This document shows, in pieces, positions 11,308 to 23,210 of a stretch of 64,000 bases of DNA (positions are counted from its first letter, which is position 1; every line of letters begins with the position of its first letter). The notes under the pieces are model-generated. The model had not been told where the DNA came from. It saw only the letters and a list, made by a program, of their open reading frames with translations, and ran no database searches. The stretch lies in contig NMRA01000107.1 of the NCBI GenBank assembly GCA_002633005.1, forward strand, positions 1 to 64,000. Direction: 5' to 3'. A program made the translations under genes and the position numbers. The DNA comes from Phoronis australis. Taxonomy: Eukaryota > Animalia > Phoronida.

Positions 11308-13857
11308 CATCAAAATCCAGTGGTTTGACAATTTTAAAATTACTCAAATAAAATAAAGCAATTAAGATTACATGAAATTAACCCCCGAGAAAGAACAGAA
11401 CATATTTGAGCTGTAAACTTTCAGTGTATGTATTTTACAACGTACATGTAAAGTGTAAATTGAATTGGTTAGGAAAATAAAGCAACGCCGCTGCAAAGAG
11501 GAAAAATATCAGAAAACTGGATTTCTTATAGTGCTGTTGTTGGTGAATGTATAGGATTGTATTCTGTCGGTCAACAAACAAAAATAAGTATTTTTATTCA
11601 TAATAACTTAAAATAACTAGTGAATACCATTCAATCATTCCCCATGTTGTCCTTATAATTGACACCGAACCTGAATTGCACCGTTATTTTTTCATTTTAG
11701 ACGACCTAAAAACATCAAAAGCAGAACATTTATTGACTGATTTAAATAGAGTAAAAAGTTCAGAATACATGCCATAGTTAGTAAAATTGATCATTTAATC
11801 CCAAACACCTCTTAAAAAGTTCTTATTACTTTAATGGCGCTGTGCGTGATTGCGATAATGCAAGCACAGTTTTTGTGAGGTCTTTGCAAAAGCATCCCCT
11901 TATTTCTGCGAATTTGACCACACTACAAAAAGATGCTCTAAACCGTGCGGCCAAAACGTATCAATTTTTAAATCAATATCTTTTGGCCGATGTAATTATG
12001 ATAATATCAATCAGCTCAGTGCACATTGTCGAATTTTGTTTGGATCCTTTTGAGAGGCATTGGCTCTCCGAGGAAGTAGTTTCAAACAGGTAAGTGCATA
12101 TAAATCCCCGAACATTTTGCTCCAAATTACTGATCAGAACCTCGCGTCACGAAAGTTCAATTTTTAATTTTCGGAGTTGTGTAGTATCTTTTTTAGTGCC
12201 GGACTTGTACTACCGACGTACCTTGGGGGCCAACATAGCCCACGTCATGCAGTGTTGTTCCCCAACACCACGTCACGATATTAACGGTTGAGTGATTTAC
12301 GGCATATCATTTTCAATACCAAACTCGTTCTTAGAATTTGGTAAATGTTCAACCTACTTCATATTCACATCGTCGCTATATACTGTGTTTAAACCTAGTA
12401 TGATCAAGCAATCACAGAAATAAGGAAATATGGTGCAAGTTCCACTTTAAATCACTAGTCTCTTGTGTCATAGACCCTCAGACTACTTTCGTGAATCTTC
12501 GGCCTTCACAGGGCCTTTTAAAAATATGTTTGGGCCTTTGGACTTGTGAAAGTTCGAAGTATCTACGTATTGCACTGTGACACGCAAGCAACATTATATT
12601 ACCTTCTTAATTTTAATCTTCGGTTGTTGATTTTCGTCTTCTGTCATCCTTCATCCATTTCGGTTATCCGTGGCTAGCAGCTTACCGTTGGGGGTATGGG
12701 TAGGGTGTAAATATACAAAGTGCATTAATAAAATTTACAAACAATCGACAAATCAAAGATTGTTTTCAATTTTCCACTCGGAGACTAATTGAAAACTCCT
12801 TTCTTCCCTACCTCGGCAGTCATCGATCACGGGAACCATTGCTGGTTGTGGCGTCTGCAGAGGAATTCAATTAACACCATTCAACATGCATTTTGTGACT
12901 TTGAACGTTGTGTTCATTCATGCTGTCTCTCTTATTAGATGTTAGGACACCTGTTAGTACATTAGTGCAATTATTAGTAGGGGTTAGAAAGAGCAGCAAG
13001 AAAAGCAGCAAACGTCATGTGCAAGCAAATTGATAGATGGATAGATCTATCCATTGAAACGCATGGGCGTCGTCGACCCATGTGTACAACCCACAGTACA
13101 ATTAAATACAGCCAACACTTAAAATATATTACAACGAACTGCACACCACAGTGTTGTCACGGGTGGAGAATTGTCATCCAGACTAAAATTTGATGAATAA
13201 CGGAACTTACACACCTGCATCATCCGGCATGTATCGGATAAGACATCACCTCATTCTGCGCGCCCTCTCGGAAATTGCCACAATCTGACACAGCAGGCCG
13301 TTCAACTCAAAGGGAAAATTTCTATTGGTCATTCTATTACTCCTCGGAAGGGGTTGTAGCTCATTCCAGTAAAATCTGGGCACTTACAGACCACTGTATA
13401 TCAGTAATTATTTAAATTATATCTGACATAATTATCAAGTTACAAGTGCTGAAGAAGACATTTACAAATTCAACCAAGCCATCCAAGTGCAACAGCCAGA
13501 TAACCACGTCGTTACACCATCCAAATCAATAAACCCGTCTTTTAGAAATTCTGAATACTGAAAGTATGTTCTCAATGGAAGTCATCTGTGATCCTGCAGT
13601 GAAGACTCTGGCGGATAGATCTTTGTGGAAACTGCATTTCAATGGGATACCTTCAAAAACCGCATGTGGGCTACGACGAAGTCATGACACAGGTCGTTCA
13701 TCGGTATTGTTTCGTGGACAGGAGATTTGCCTTAAAGGCGGTGGTACCTCAAATAATTGACGGGCAGGCAGGTGTTTTTGTAGCAAATCGGTCAAATTCA
13801 AGAGCCATGTCTTTCGATTTAGAAAACTCGTATTGCTTTCCACTACCAGGCTCTACC

Positions 13858-15203
13858 CAGTGGCGTATTTAGGGGGGAGGGGGGGGGGCATCAAGTGACC
13901 TATAGTTAAGTCTAATAATATTGACCGGGACTTTCTGCTAACTGAAGGTTAGCAGAAAGTTTATAAAGTAGCACTGGATTTCTAAAAATAGGATTCATTT
14001 ACTAAAATAGTATTGAATTTCTAAAATACCATTTAATAGTATTGAATATATATAACAGGATTGAATTTATAGAGTTGCATTGAATTTTCAGTAGGATTGA
14101 TTTTTATTTCAACTAAGAGTGAATTGATTAAAGAGCATTGAGTTTATAAAATAGGATTTTTATTTTTAAATAATATTTGCCTCTTCTGCCGTCCAGATAA
14201 ACCACTCCTCTCATGCGAAACTCGTTTCCCACATTGAATTTTGTTCCGCGTACCTGCCTACCTGACAACTATCCAGTTTTTGGCTGTCGCAGAACGGTCC
14301 TGCTTTTTGAAGCTTTGTCCTGGGTCCCGCCAACTGTACTTCTGTATGACACACGCGATGACGAAATTTACATATATATCATTCTCGGTACATCACTGTG
14401 TTTGACCCTCTAATTTCTCCGTTCCATTTTGTAGGAATGACAAAATAAAAATTCGCCGTCGTCTCCTGGTTGTTGCGGCGGACATTTGTCCGTTGTGATC
14501 GAAGAAGACTCAAACGAACGGAAATACGCCCCAGAATTGGCTGTGAGTGGGCCAGGCAATTATATCGCCAATGCACACCGCAGACGTACAGCCAGCCGAG
14601 GGGCTACGTGTTGTCTAGCATTGGGCTTCAGAAATCATGATTTCAAAATAATCATTGTTGTAAAATCCAGTACCGTGCAGAATGGGGGGTGGTGGGGCGA
14701 CGAGGCTACGGGGCGACAGCCACGGACATGGATCCACATCGGGGGGTCATACAATTACTATAAATGAACTTTTTGAAATTGTGACTGATTTGTAATTGAA
14801 TAAAGTTTCTATGTTATGTTTCGTCTTTTTTATTTTTCTTAGTATAAGGGTCTTGCATTCATTTGATTAGAGAAGAGGCATGCAATGAAAAAATCGCCCA
14901 AACCTCGATCTGCACGCTACTGTGTGTATTTTGCCTACCGGCAACTTGTTAACTACTTGTCATTTGGAAGAGGATCAAGAATTTGTGCCCTGACCGTTTC
15001 CTATCTGTCGACGGAGGTAAGCCGAGACGCCGCGCCGGCACCTCGACGGCCGGCCAGGGTAGCGCTGTACTAGTTGAGGGGCGGTCTTGTGGGTGGGATG
15101 TGGTGGGGTGGGGCTCCAACAACAATAAGTCCCAAAAACGGCATTACTGACATTGCCCTGTCTTGCACCGCGACCCCGGTGGGCCCCCCTAAATCTGTCA
15201 GTC
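13858..15203. mobile_element. Possible old hAT-like DNA transposon remnant
   Basis: Left end cagtggcgtATTTAGGGGGG, right end CCCCCCTAAATctgtcagtc (degenerate TIR); internal ~21-bp AT-rich tandem repeat at 13960-14170; no TSD recognised. Confidence 0.35.
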
Positions 15204-16350
15204 TGAGTTTAATGCAGGCCTAGTGAACACCGAAATGTCGGACCGAAATTGCATCTCAGTAATCTTTGCACCGTTGAATCACCTAGGCAAATCCCAGGTG
15301 TCTCAAGTAAAAACCCTGACATGAGAATCGGACACAACTGAAGCCCGTGGAACCGAACCTTCATAGATAAACTGTGTTGTTTTTCTTCCTGTGCCCCAGC
15401 CAGGGGCCTAAAACACATTTGGTCGGATTAGAAATACCACCTTTCATATAATAGAACTAAAGAAAATAGTGCCAGACGCATATAACTAACTTACTTGTGT
15501 ATCAGTAATGTTATCCAGAGAGGATTCGTTTTGGGTTTACTGCAACTCGAATGAATAGACTCAGCACAAGTAACCCAGCGATCTCTATCAGGTTGAGGCT
15601 GCGTGGGTGAAAGCGTGTTTTCCGATTGTTCACTTCATGTTTAGTTCCGTTAATTCTCACCGCGAAACTCGTGGGTTTGAGTGTACTTTAGTTATTTCAC
15701 CGTGGATGACATTGCATATTGTAGAAAGGTCCAAAAAAAACCGTGTCATTGGCTGTCCTGCCAAACCGTTTGTTCCTACAATGGATTTTTGCATTTTTAG
15801 ATGTTTTTGAGCGTGTATAATAATTTTGTAACACAACATCTAACTAAACAAGCACTTATTATGGGAAATAATTGAGTAATTATGTATTTTAAAGAAAAAA
15901 TAATGATCCTTTGGTTTTCTGCCAGGTGATGCCATCAGTGGAAGACATTACAAAGATGTAGAGCGAGTTTGACGAGTATTATGAAGACAGGTTTGGAGAT
16001 GGGGTGAAGACGACACTCGGGCCATAGATAAAACTGGTAATGAGTTAGACCTGTACGCCAGGAAACGCAGGAGTCCACTCTCCACCAACCGACTGAAATT
16101 AAAGATATCGCTCAAATTGGAATTCTGAAGTTACAGCCGTGCATGTATTTATACTTTCTACTGTTACTGTGGAATGTACTTCTCACCTGGTTGAGAAGTC
16201 ATTTTTCACCACGCTGGAAAGTACCACAAAAGTAAAAAAACGTCATGTACCGGCCACTGTGGTGTACACTCAGTATTTCACTATAGTTTTGAGTAAATAG
16301 TCAAAGTGTTATTTTATTCAGAGAAAAGTTTTGAATTTATGTTATTATGG

Positions 16351-17655
16351 TTATTACTCTGCGCGTGTAAGCGCAGAGTACTGTTGTTCCTGGGTTTTCT
16401 TCAATTTTATTCTTATTCTTATTCTTATTCTTCTTATTCTTCTTATCCTTCTTATTCTTCTTATTCTTCTTATTCTTCTTATTCTTCTTCCGACCAACTT
16501 TGAGGCTTAATAATTCCAAATTGGGTGCAGGTACGGTCTTTAAATTCAGCATATGACTTTTGACAGTATATAAATTTTGATTTGTTAAATAATCATATTC
16601 CATATTGCACCGGAAGAGGTCGTTTGGTACAAAGGTCATATAATTTTCAAAATGCTACTCCTCCTTCAGTTTTAAAGATATCATTTTCAAATTCGGTGCA
16701 CAGGTATAAGACAACATGACAATTTGAAAAATTACTTTTCTAAGTAATTGGGTCATCCAATCAGGTGAAATAGGTCAAAGGTCATTAGGTGAAAACTAAA
16801 ATTTTGAGCTAGACACTTCAAATTAACAGGTCTGATTGGCACAGGAAATTCAATTCAGAATCCAAAGTTTCAGCTCATTTAGTGCAAACATGGGGTCATT
16901 AGGTACATTTTTCTTCTGAAAATTTGACCTTTTCATTCAGCAAGTATTCTGATGTGTCAACCGTCAGACAACTGTGATTCTTAGAATTAAACATATTTTT
17001 CATGGGCTTTGCATTAATTCTCCTAAAGATGCTTACAATGCACCGGATAGGGTCAATTAGTGCAAAGGTCATGTAACGTTCAAAATGTTATATCTCTTAC
17101 GTTTTTCAAGGAATTCTTTTCAATTTCAGCACACTTGGGTAAGTCAACATGTCAATTGAATACCCTACTTTACTTCGCAATAGGCCTAACCAATCAGAAA
17201 AAATAGGTCAAATGTCATTGAGTGCAAACTAAAATTTTGAGCAAGAGACTTCAAAATTACATATCTGTTTACTAAGTGCGATTGAGTTTGAATTCTAAAT
17301 TTCCTGGTCATTTGGTGCACCCATGGGGTCATTAGGTGCATTTTTCTTCTGAAAGTTTGACCAATTCATTCATCTCGTATTCTGAAGTGCTTAAAGTACA
17401 ACATCTGTGATTTTTAGCATTAACTACATTTTTTATTGAGTTAACATTTACTCCCTCATCGGCGCTCGTAATGCACCGGAAGAGGTCAATTAGTGGAAAG
17501 GTCATCAAAAAATTAATGTGTAATTTCTCCTACAGTTTTAAAGAATTCCTTTTCATATTGGTAAATGGGTTGCTGTCAGTAACTTTCCATAATAATTCCA
17601 GTAATACGCACGCGCAGAGTCCGTTATTGTCACGCTGTGACAATAATCTTTCTAG
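16351..17655 (+). mobile_element. Structurally complete non-autonomous Helentron-type element (HINE), family A copy 2
   Basis: 5' subTIR ACTCTGCGCGTG (16356-16367) in a palindrome; (TATTCT/TCT)n microsatellite 16408-16490; 3' subTIR CACGCGCAGAGT (17609-17620); perfect hairpin TTATTGTCAC-gct-GTGACAATAA (17624-17646); CTAG end then TT. Confidence 0.85.
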
Positions 17656-17710
17656 TTATTATTATTATTGTTATTATTATTGTTATTATTATTGTTATTG
17701 TTATTAGTGC

Positions 17711-17741
<31 letters not shown>

Positions 17742-17748
17742 ATTATTA
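17656..17748. repeat. Compound (TAT)/(TGT) trinucleotide microsatellite
   Basis: Directly visible; abuts the HINE 3' end. Confidence 0.9.
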
Positions 17749-18559
17749 GAAAACTAACATTTTTCATTTTGTGTACGACGCGCGTGCATTTGTGTCGTAA
17801 CTACGCCTCTGATTTGGAACAACAAAGTTTTGAAAGTAGATGACTGACATGAATTGAAAAACTCTGAGAGTGTCTGTGGAAGTCTTCAAACGATTTTGTT
17901 GGGAATTTTGTAAGAAAATGCATTCTTCCGCAGAGATTTTTTCAGAAACGTATCTTTTCGTAGGGAGATTGGATCTGAAAAAGTTAACCTTATGAGCAGC
18001 ACGTCGTACCTCTTGTATATTAGAACCCCCCGGGGTTCCTTGATAAGAGTTGACTGTAAACTGCTGTGCGTGAACTTCGTGTATGTGTGAACTTGGAATA
18101 CACGAGGAAACTTGACAAGTTTACTCAAATAATCACGTTCACATTGATAAAAATTTGCATTGCATCAAATCAAATTACGTTAATAAAATAACGTATCCTT
18201 TTGCAACTACTAGCGGATCTTATCCATTGATTTAACCATTCACATAATTCCCCCGATTCCTTGACACAAGACACGTTTAAGGAGAAAATGGGTGATCATG
18301 AGGCCAATAATTACAAAAAGTCCTTACACTGAACAAAAAATTTCACCTGATTGACCAAATGAATGTTCAATTCTAAGTTCGCGCATACATGTATATACAC
18401 GATCTTGAGATTAAGCAGGATTCCAAGTTCACCAACTGATAAACCACTGCCATTTAACAACTGGACTGAAACATGGTGGCATACAGTAATGTTTGATACA
18501 AATGTTCCCATGTGAGTGAGGAGCATACAGAGGTAATGACATATCTAAGTTGTGTTAAT

Positions 18560-21026
18560 CAGTGGCGGATCTACGGGGGGGTTCAGGGGGTTTAAACCCC
18601 CCCTCGGGCCAGGACCCAAAAATTAAAAAAAAAAAAACGTCTCCAGAAAAACAAAAAAGGCACCGCCAGCGTGTGGAAACCCCGAGTAAACCAACTTGGA
18701 AAAAATGAGGGGGGGTTCACTCTGAAAATATATTTTTTGCATTGTGAATTGCTGTTATGAAAATCAACGTGTTTCGAGTCTTCGTGGCTCATCGGCAAAA
18801 CTCCGGAGATCAATTGTGCGCGCGCTTCCGACGACACTTCTGAAGTAGCTAAGCATTTTAGATGGATCCACCGCTGAAAGAGCAGCTGTACAGCTGATTT
18901 CTTTAGGTTACTAGTTTCTTTACTCTAAGATATGTTTTGATTTGATTAGAGGAAATACTGTGGTGCCGCAAGCCTGGTATTCAGGCGAATTTACGGGCAA
19001 CGTTTTTACCTCATCTGTCATGCCGTGTCATCCTATCACACCCCACACGTTTGTAATTCGAATTTGACTGGTGTATTGTTAAGTTGTCTTGCGCAATATC
19101 ATACAGTGTACATGTTCATGTAATACTCGTTTTCCGAAGAATTGCTATAATTGTGGCGGGCGCCGTGGTCTGGTCGCGAGTCTGTTTGAAGATCATGGCA
19201 CTCTAACAAATTATGTCTATACAAGGAATGACCAAGGTGGCACTCACATTAACAAAGTGACCGCATTCGCGAACAGTGTACAGTACCAGAAATTGCGGGG
19301 AGGCTATATTTTCACAACAAAGTCTTGTGGGACTCGTGCGATGTTCAATGGGCTTTCTAAGGAGCCCTGCTGCCGACCTCAACACCTACCGTCTTTCTAC
19401 CTGCAATAAGCACCACTGAGGTTTTTTATACTGGGAATTTCCGCAGAAAGGCCCACCCGACGAAACGCTCATGCCCATAGGCGTATGTTTGATGTTAGTA
19501 CTTCGGGTTTCAAGCGTTCACACATTGGGACGTTTATTTCGAAAATTGCAAGAGATGCAAATGGGTCCTGGGATACATCGTCAAGGTTTGAAGATAGTCC
19601 ATGATGAACGGAACAAATTTAATTGCGCATGCTGTAAGTCTTTTGAATGGACTTGGTAACCTCAGGGGCTTTGTGGCAACTGAGCTGCGAAACGAGATGC
19701 TGCATTGTAGAGGTGGACAAGCTCATTGACACAACAGTTGACGAAGTGCAAGCGTTGGGAACAAACGTCGAAGATGTCTGGGTAGAATGGTTCTAAGACA
19801 AGCAAANNNNNNNNNNNNNNNNNNNNNNNNNNNNNNNNNNNNNNNNNNNNNNNNNNNNNNNNNNNNNNNNNNNNNNNNNNNNNNNNNNNNNNNNNNNNNN
19901 NNNNNNNNNNNNNNNNNNNNNNNNNNNNNNNNNNNNNNNNNNNNNNNNNNNNNNNNNNNNNNNNNNNNNNNNNNNNNNNNNNNNNNNNNNNNNNNNNNNN
20001 NNNNNNNNNNNNNNNNNNNNNNNNNNNNNNNNNNNNNNNNNNNNNNNNNNNNNNNNNNNNNNNNNNNNNNNNNNNNNNNNNNNNNNNNNNNNNNNNNNNN
20101 NNNNNNNNNNNNNNNNNNNNNNNNNNNNNNNNNNNNNNNNNNNNNNNNNNNNNNNNNNNNNNNNNNNNNNNNNNNNNNNNNNNNNNNNNNNNNNNNNNNN
20201 NNNNNNNNNNNNNNNNNNNNNNNNNNNNNNNNNNNNNNNNNNNNNNNNNNNNNNNNNNNNNNNNNNNNNNNNNNNNNNNNNNNNNNNNNNNNNNNNNNNN
20301 NNNNNNNNNNNNNNNNNNNNNNNNNNNNNNNNNNNNNNNNNNNNNNNNNNNNNNNNNNNNNNNNNNNNNNNNNNNNNNNNNNNNNNNNNNNNNNNNNNNN
20401 NNNNNNNNNNNNNNNNNNNNNNNNNNNNNNNNNNNNNNNNNNNNNNNNNNNNNNNNNNNNNNNNNNNNNNNNNNNNNNNNNNNNNNNNNNNNNNNNNNNN
20501 NNNNNNNNNNNNNNNNNNNNNNNNNNNNNNNNNNNNNNNNNNNNNNNNNNNNNNNNNNNNNNNNNNNNNNNNNNNNNNNNNNNNNNNNNNNNNNNNNNNN
20601 NNNNNTCCTTATTCTCTTCAATGTTTGGTAGTTGTCTAAACCCCTGTATACACACCACACTTTTTCGTATGCTAAAAAGGTGTGTGTAAGCAGATGTTCC
20701 AACAAAAATTTTTGCTGGTGGTGTGACTCATACCCAGATGTGCACAAATATGATTTCACGAAACTTATGAGCCAAGTTCATATGACGAAATCGAGAAGGG
20801 TTTTTAATTATCTTAAGAAAAACTCCTGGGACACGTTAAGTGCCAGAAACGTACCAGGATGCATGGAAATTTCAATGTTTGGCTACGAAAACAAAAAGTT
20901 GTCTTACACGGGGTAAATCCCCCTCCCGACCTCCGTCCCCCCCGCCCCGCTCGGCGCCACGCGCCTCGGATACGACCTTTGCGGGAATCCTAAACCCCCC
21001 TTACTGAAAACGTAGATTCGCCACTG
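18560..21026 (+). mobile_element. Degenerate hAT-superfamily DNA transposon with 5-bp TSD (hAT5-like), spanning the assembly gap
   Basis: 16-bp TIRs CAGTGGCGGATCTACG (18560) and CGTAGATTCGCCACTG (21011-21026), 1 mismatch; TTAAT on both flanks; decayed transposase-like peptides VEVDKLIDTTVDEVQALGTNVEDVWVEWF (~19705-19795) and YDFTKLMSQVHMTKSRRVF (~20750-20805). Confidence 0.7.
19807..20605. other. Assembly gap (N run)
   Basis: Run of n; the long X-filled ORFs here are artefacts. Confidence 1.
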
Positions 21027-21595
21027 TTAATATTGCTTTTTCGTTATGCAAGATAGGTGATTTTCAGCTTTTTATGCAGTTGTCATTGTCCTTGAAGATT
21101 GTCTTCTATTAGGAACGTGTTTGTTCCATCAACGGTTTCAATTAGGCTATAGGTTGTATTTAGTTGTCTATAGCATAGGCGGGGGCCCGCCCCCTCCCCC
21201 CTTGGCTTCCGCCAGCAAAATGAAACAGAAACAGCGTGAAGCGCGAAGAAAAAGAGAGTTCACTAACTAGGACCGGTAGCGGATGGAGGGGGCTCAGATC
21301 CCAGATTGCGGTGGAATCGTGTTCCCGTTTTTTTTTTTAGTCCACCGATAAATTTTCGAAACAAAAGGTCTGCATCCTCAGCTTTGTTTGGATCGCAACT
21401 CGGGCAAATATGAGTTTTATGTGTATGTTAGAACCGGTTTACTGCTGCATTATTTTTACTACAGACATCTTTTAAACTTGGCATTGGGTAAAAATTATCG
21501 CCGATAAGTTACAGGGATAGAAAAAATTGTTCATAATGTCTTGTAATCTTTCAGGGAATGCGTACTTCACAACTTAGGGTTTGTAAAGCGAAAAT

Positions 21596-22590
21596 AGAAT
21601 GCCCTGCTTAAACGTGGAATTCGGAAGAAAATAATTGTTAAAGTGTTCAATAAAGTCTCAAGATAAGAAAAAAAGTTGTGCTTACAACATATTGTAACCA
21701 GCCAGAAAATGTTTGGTTCACCAAGTGACTTTGTAAAGCTAATAAACAATCATTCCAAGTTTAAGCAAGGGCGTGGCTTGCTTAAACTTGGAATTGGTTA
21801 AAAAAACTACAAAATGCATTCAGGGGCCATTTCAAAAGTAATAGAAAATGCATTTACAATGTATTGCAACCAGTGAATGAACGTTTGCTTAACCACGTGA
21901 TTTTTTGTAAGGCGGAAACTGAATTATTCCAAGTTTAAGCGAGCCACTCCCTTGCTTAAACTTGGAATTGGGTAGAAAAAAACTGCGAATGCGCTCATAA
22001 GTGTTCCAAATGATTAGAAAATGCATTTAAAATGTCTTGCAACCAGTTACCGAATGTTTGGTTCACTATGGGATTTTTTGTAAAGCAGAAATTGAATTAT
22101 TCCAAGTTAAAGCAAGGGCTATCTTGCTTAAACGTTGAATTTGCAGGGTTAAAAAACTGCGAATGCGCTCAGAAGTATTCTAAAGGTAATAGAAAAAAGC
22201 ATTAAAAATGTATTGCAACCAGTCAGAGAATGTTTGGTTTGGCCACGTGAGTTTTTGTGAACAAAACTTGAGTTATTCCAAGTTGAAGCTAGCCACGCCC
22301 TTGCTTAAACTTGGAATTGGGTAGAAAACAACTGCGAATGCATTCATAGGTGTTTCGAAAGTAACAGAAAATGCATTTACATTGCATTGCAATCATTAAA
22401 AGAAGGTTTGGCTCACATCGCGCATTTTTTAGAGAAGAAATTGAATTATTCCAAGTAAAAACAACCAGTGTAGCTTGCTTAAACTCGGAATTAGGTAGAA
22501 AAAACTGCAAATGCGCTCAGAAGTGCTCTAAAGGTAATAGAAAAAAATATTTAAAATGTATTGCAGCCAGTTAGAGAATGTTTAATTCAC
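21596..22590. repeat. ~174-bp satellite (about 5.5 units), each unit containing a 17-bp inverted repeat
   Basis: TTCCAAGTTTAAGCAAG-N7-CTTGCTTAAACTTGGAA and variants start at 21753, 21927, 22100, 22276, 22449. Confidence 0.9.
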
Positions 22591-23116
22591 CTCTTGATCA
22601 AACGTCAACCAGGCACTAATTTCAAACATCCAGCTTTATTTTTATATTGGAATAGGCAACAGCACAGAAATAATACGACTCAAATTACCACCGTAGCCGG
22701 TGCATTCACTGAGGGACATGTAATCTCAATACAGTCCTTAAATGATTTTTATTCCAGTCCCTGAACCAGTATTCATGACCACTGGCAGGCCACGGAAGCT
22801 TTATCTCGATTTTTTAGAAATCTTTTCTCTCCGTAGTCTACCGGTTCAGTAACGATTTCAGCCCAAGCGCCTTGTTCTGTGATTGTGTGCCAGGCAGCCG
22901 CTTAATTCCAAGTTCACGCAAGATTCCAAGTTCACGTACGGGGTTTGGCAGTTTGCTTTATCTCAAGATCACTTGCTTGATCTTGGAATTTCAAGTTCAC
23001 GCAACACTCACTTCCGCTTATTCTTGATTCCAAGTACAACAGTGAAACATTTCAACATCAGACGGCGCTGCCTATGCTTATGGCGCGTACCAGCCAACAC
23101 AAATGGGAAGAAAACG

Positions 23117-23210
23117 ATGACAAAGACACGTTTGGTTCCACCATTGCAGGAGATATCACTGGTTTTTATTGCCAAGTGCATGAGCAAGATTTCTGTATAT
23201 ACACTTGAAG
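23117..23210 (+). CDS. LRRC41: LRRC41-like coding exon 1 (MTKTRLVPPLQEISLVFIAKCMSKISVYTLE)
   Basis: ATG at 23117, BC-box-like motif, donor AG|GTGTGT, phase 1. Confidence 0.75.

Larger units (their letters stand above)
1375..13280. repeat. Diverged multi-kb tandem macro-repeat (about 4-5 units) carrying nested TE insertions
   Basis: Same-orientation modules recur: aaagtccagtggtt(t)gac at ~1377, 5731, 8204, 9994, 10285, 11311; tgccctgaaaccaggtgtgaaa at ~1531, 5485, 7938, 9728; a long block at ~1960-2210 plus 3925-4720, 8630-9480 and 12450-13275. Confidence 0.85.

Noticed and set aside
1375-11340. Conserved modules with seemingly variable spacers as an acquisition array or tandem peptide genes
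   Set aside because: The intervening segments at ~5620, 8080 and 9860 are mutually homologous, and no reading frame is conserved between units
15926-16036. Exon-like segment (ttttctgccag| ... ctg|gtaatg)
   Set aside because: Stop codons in all three frames and no recognised product; could at most be non-coding or a pseudo-exon
19662-20759. 300-365 aa ORFs in the ORF track
   Set aside because: They span the N-gap and are mostly X; artefacts
21596-22590. CRISPR-like array (palindromic repeats at regular spacing)
   Set aside because: Intervening sequences are homologous to each other rather than unique spacers, there are no cas genes, and the context is eukaryotic
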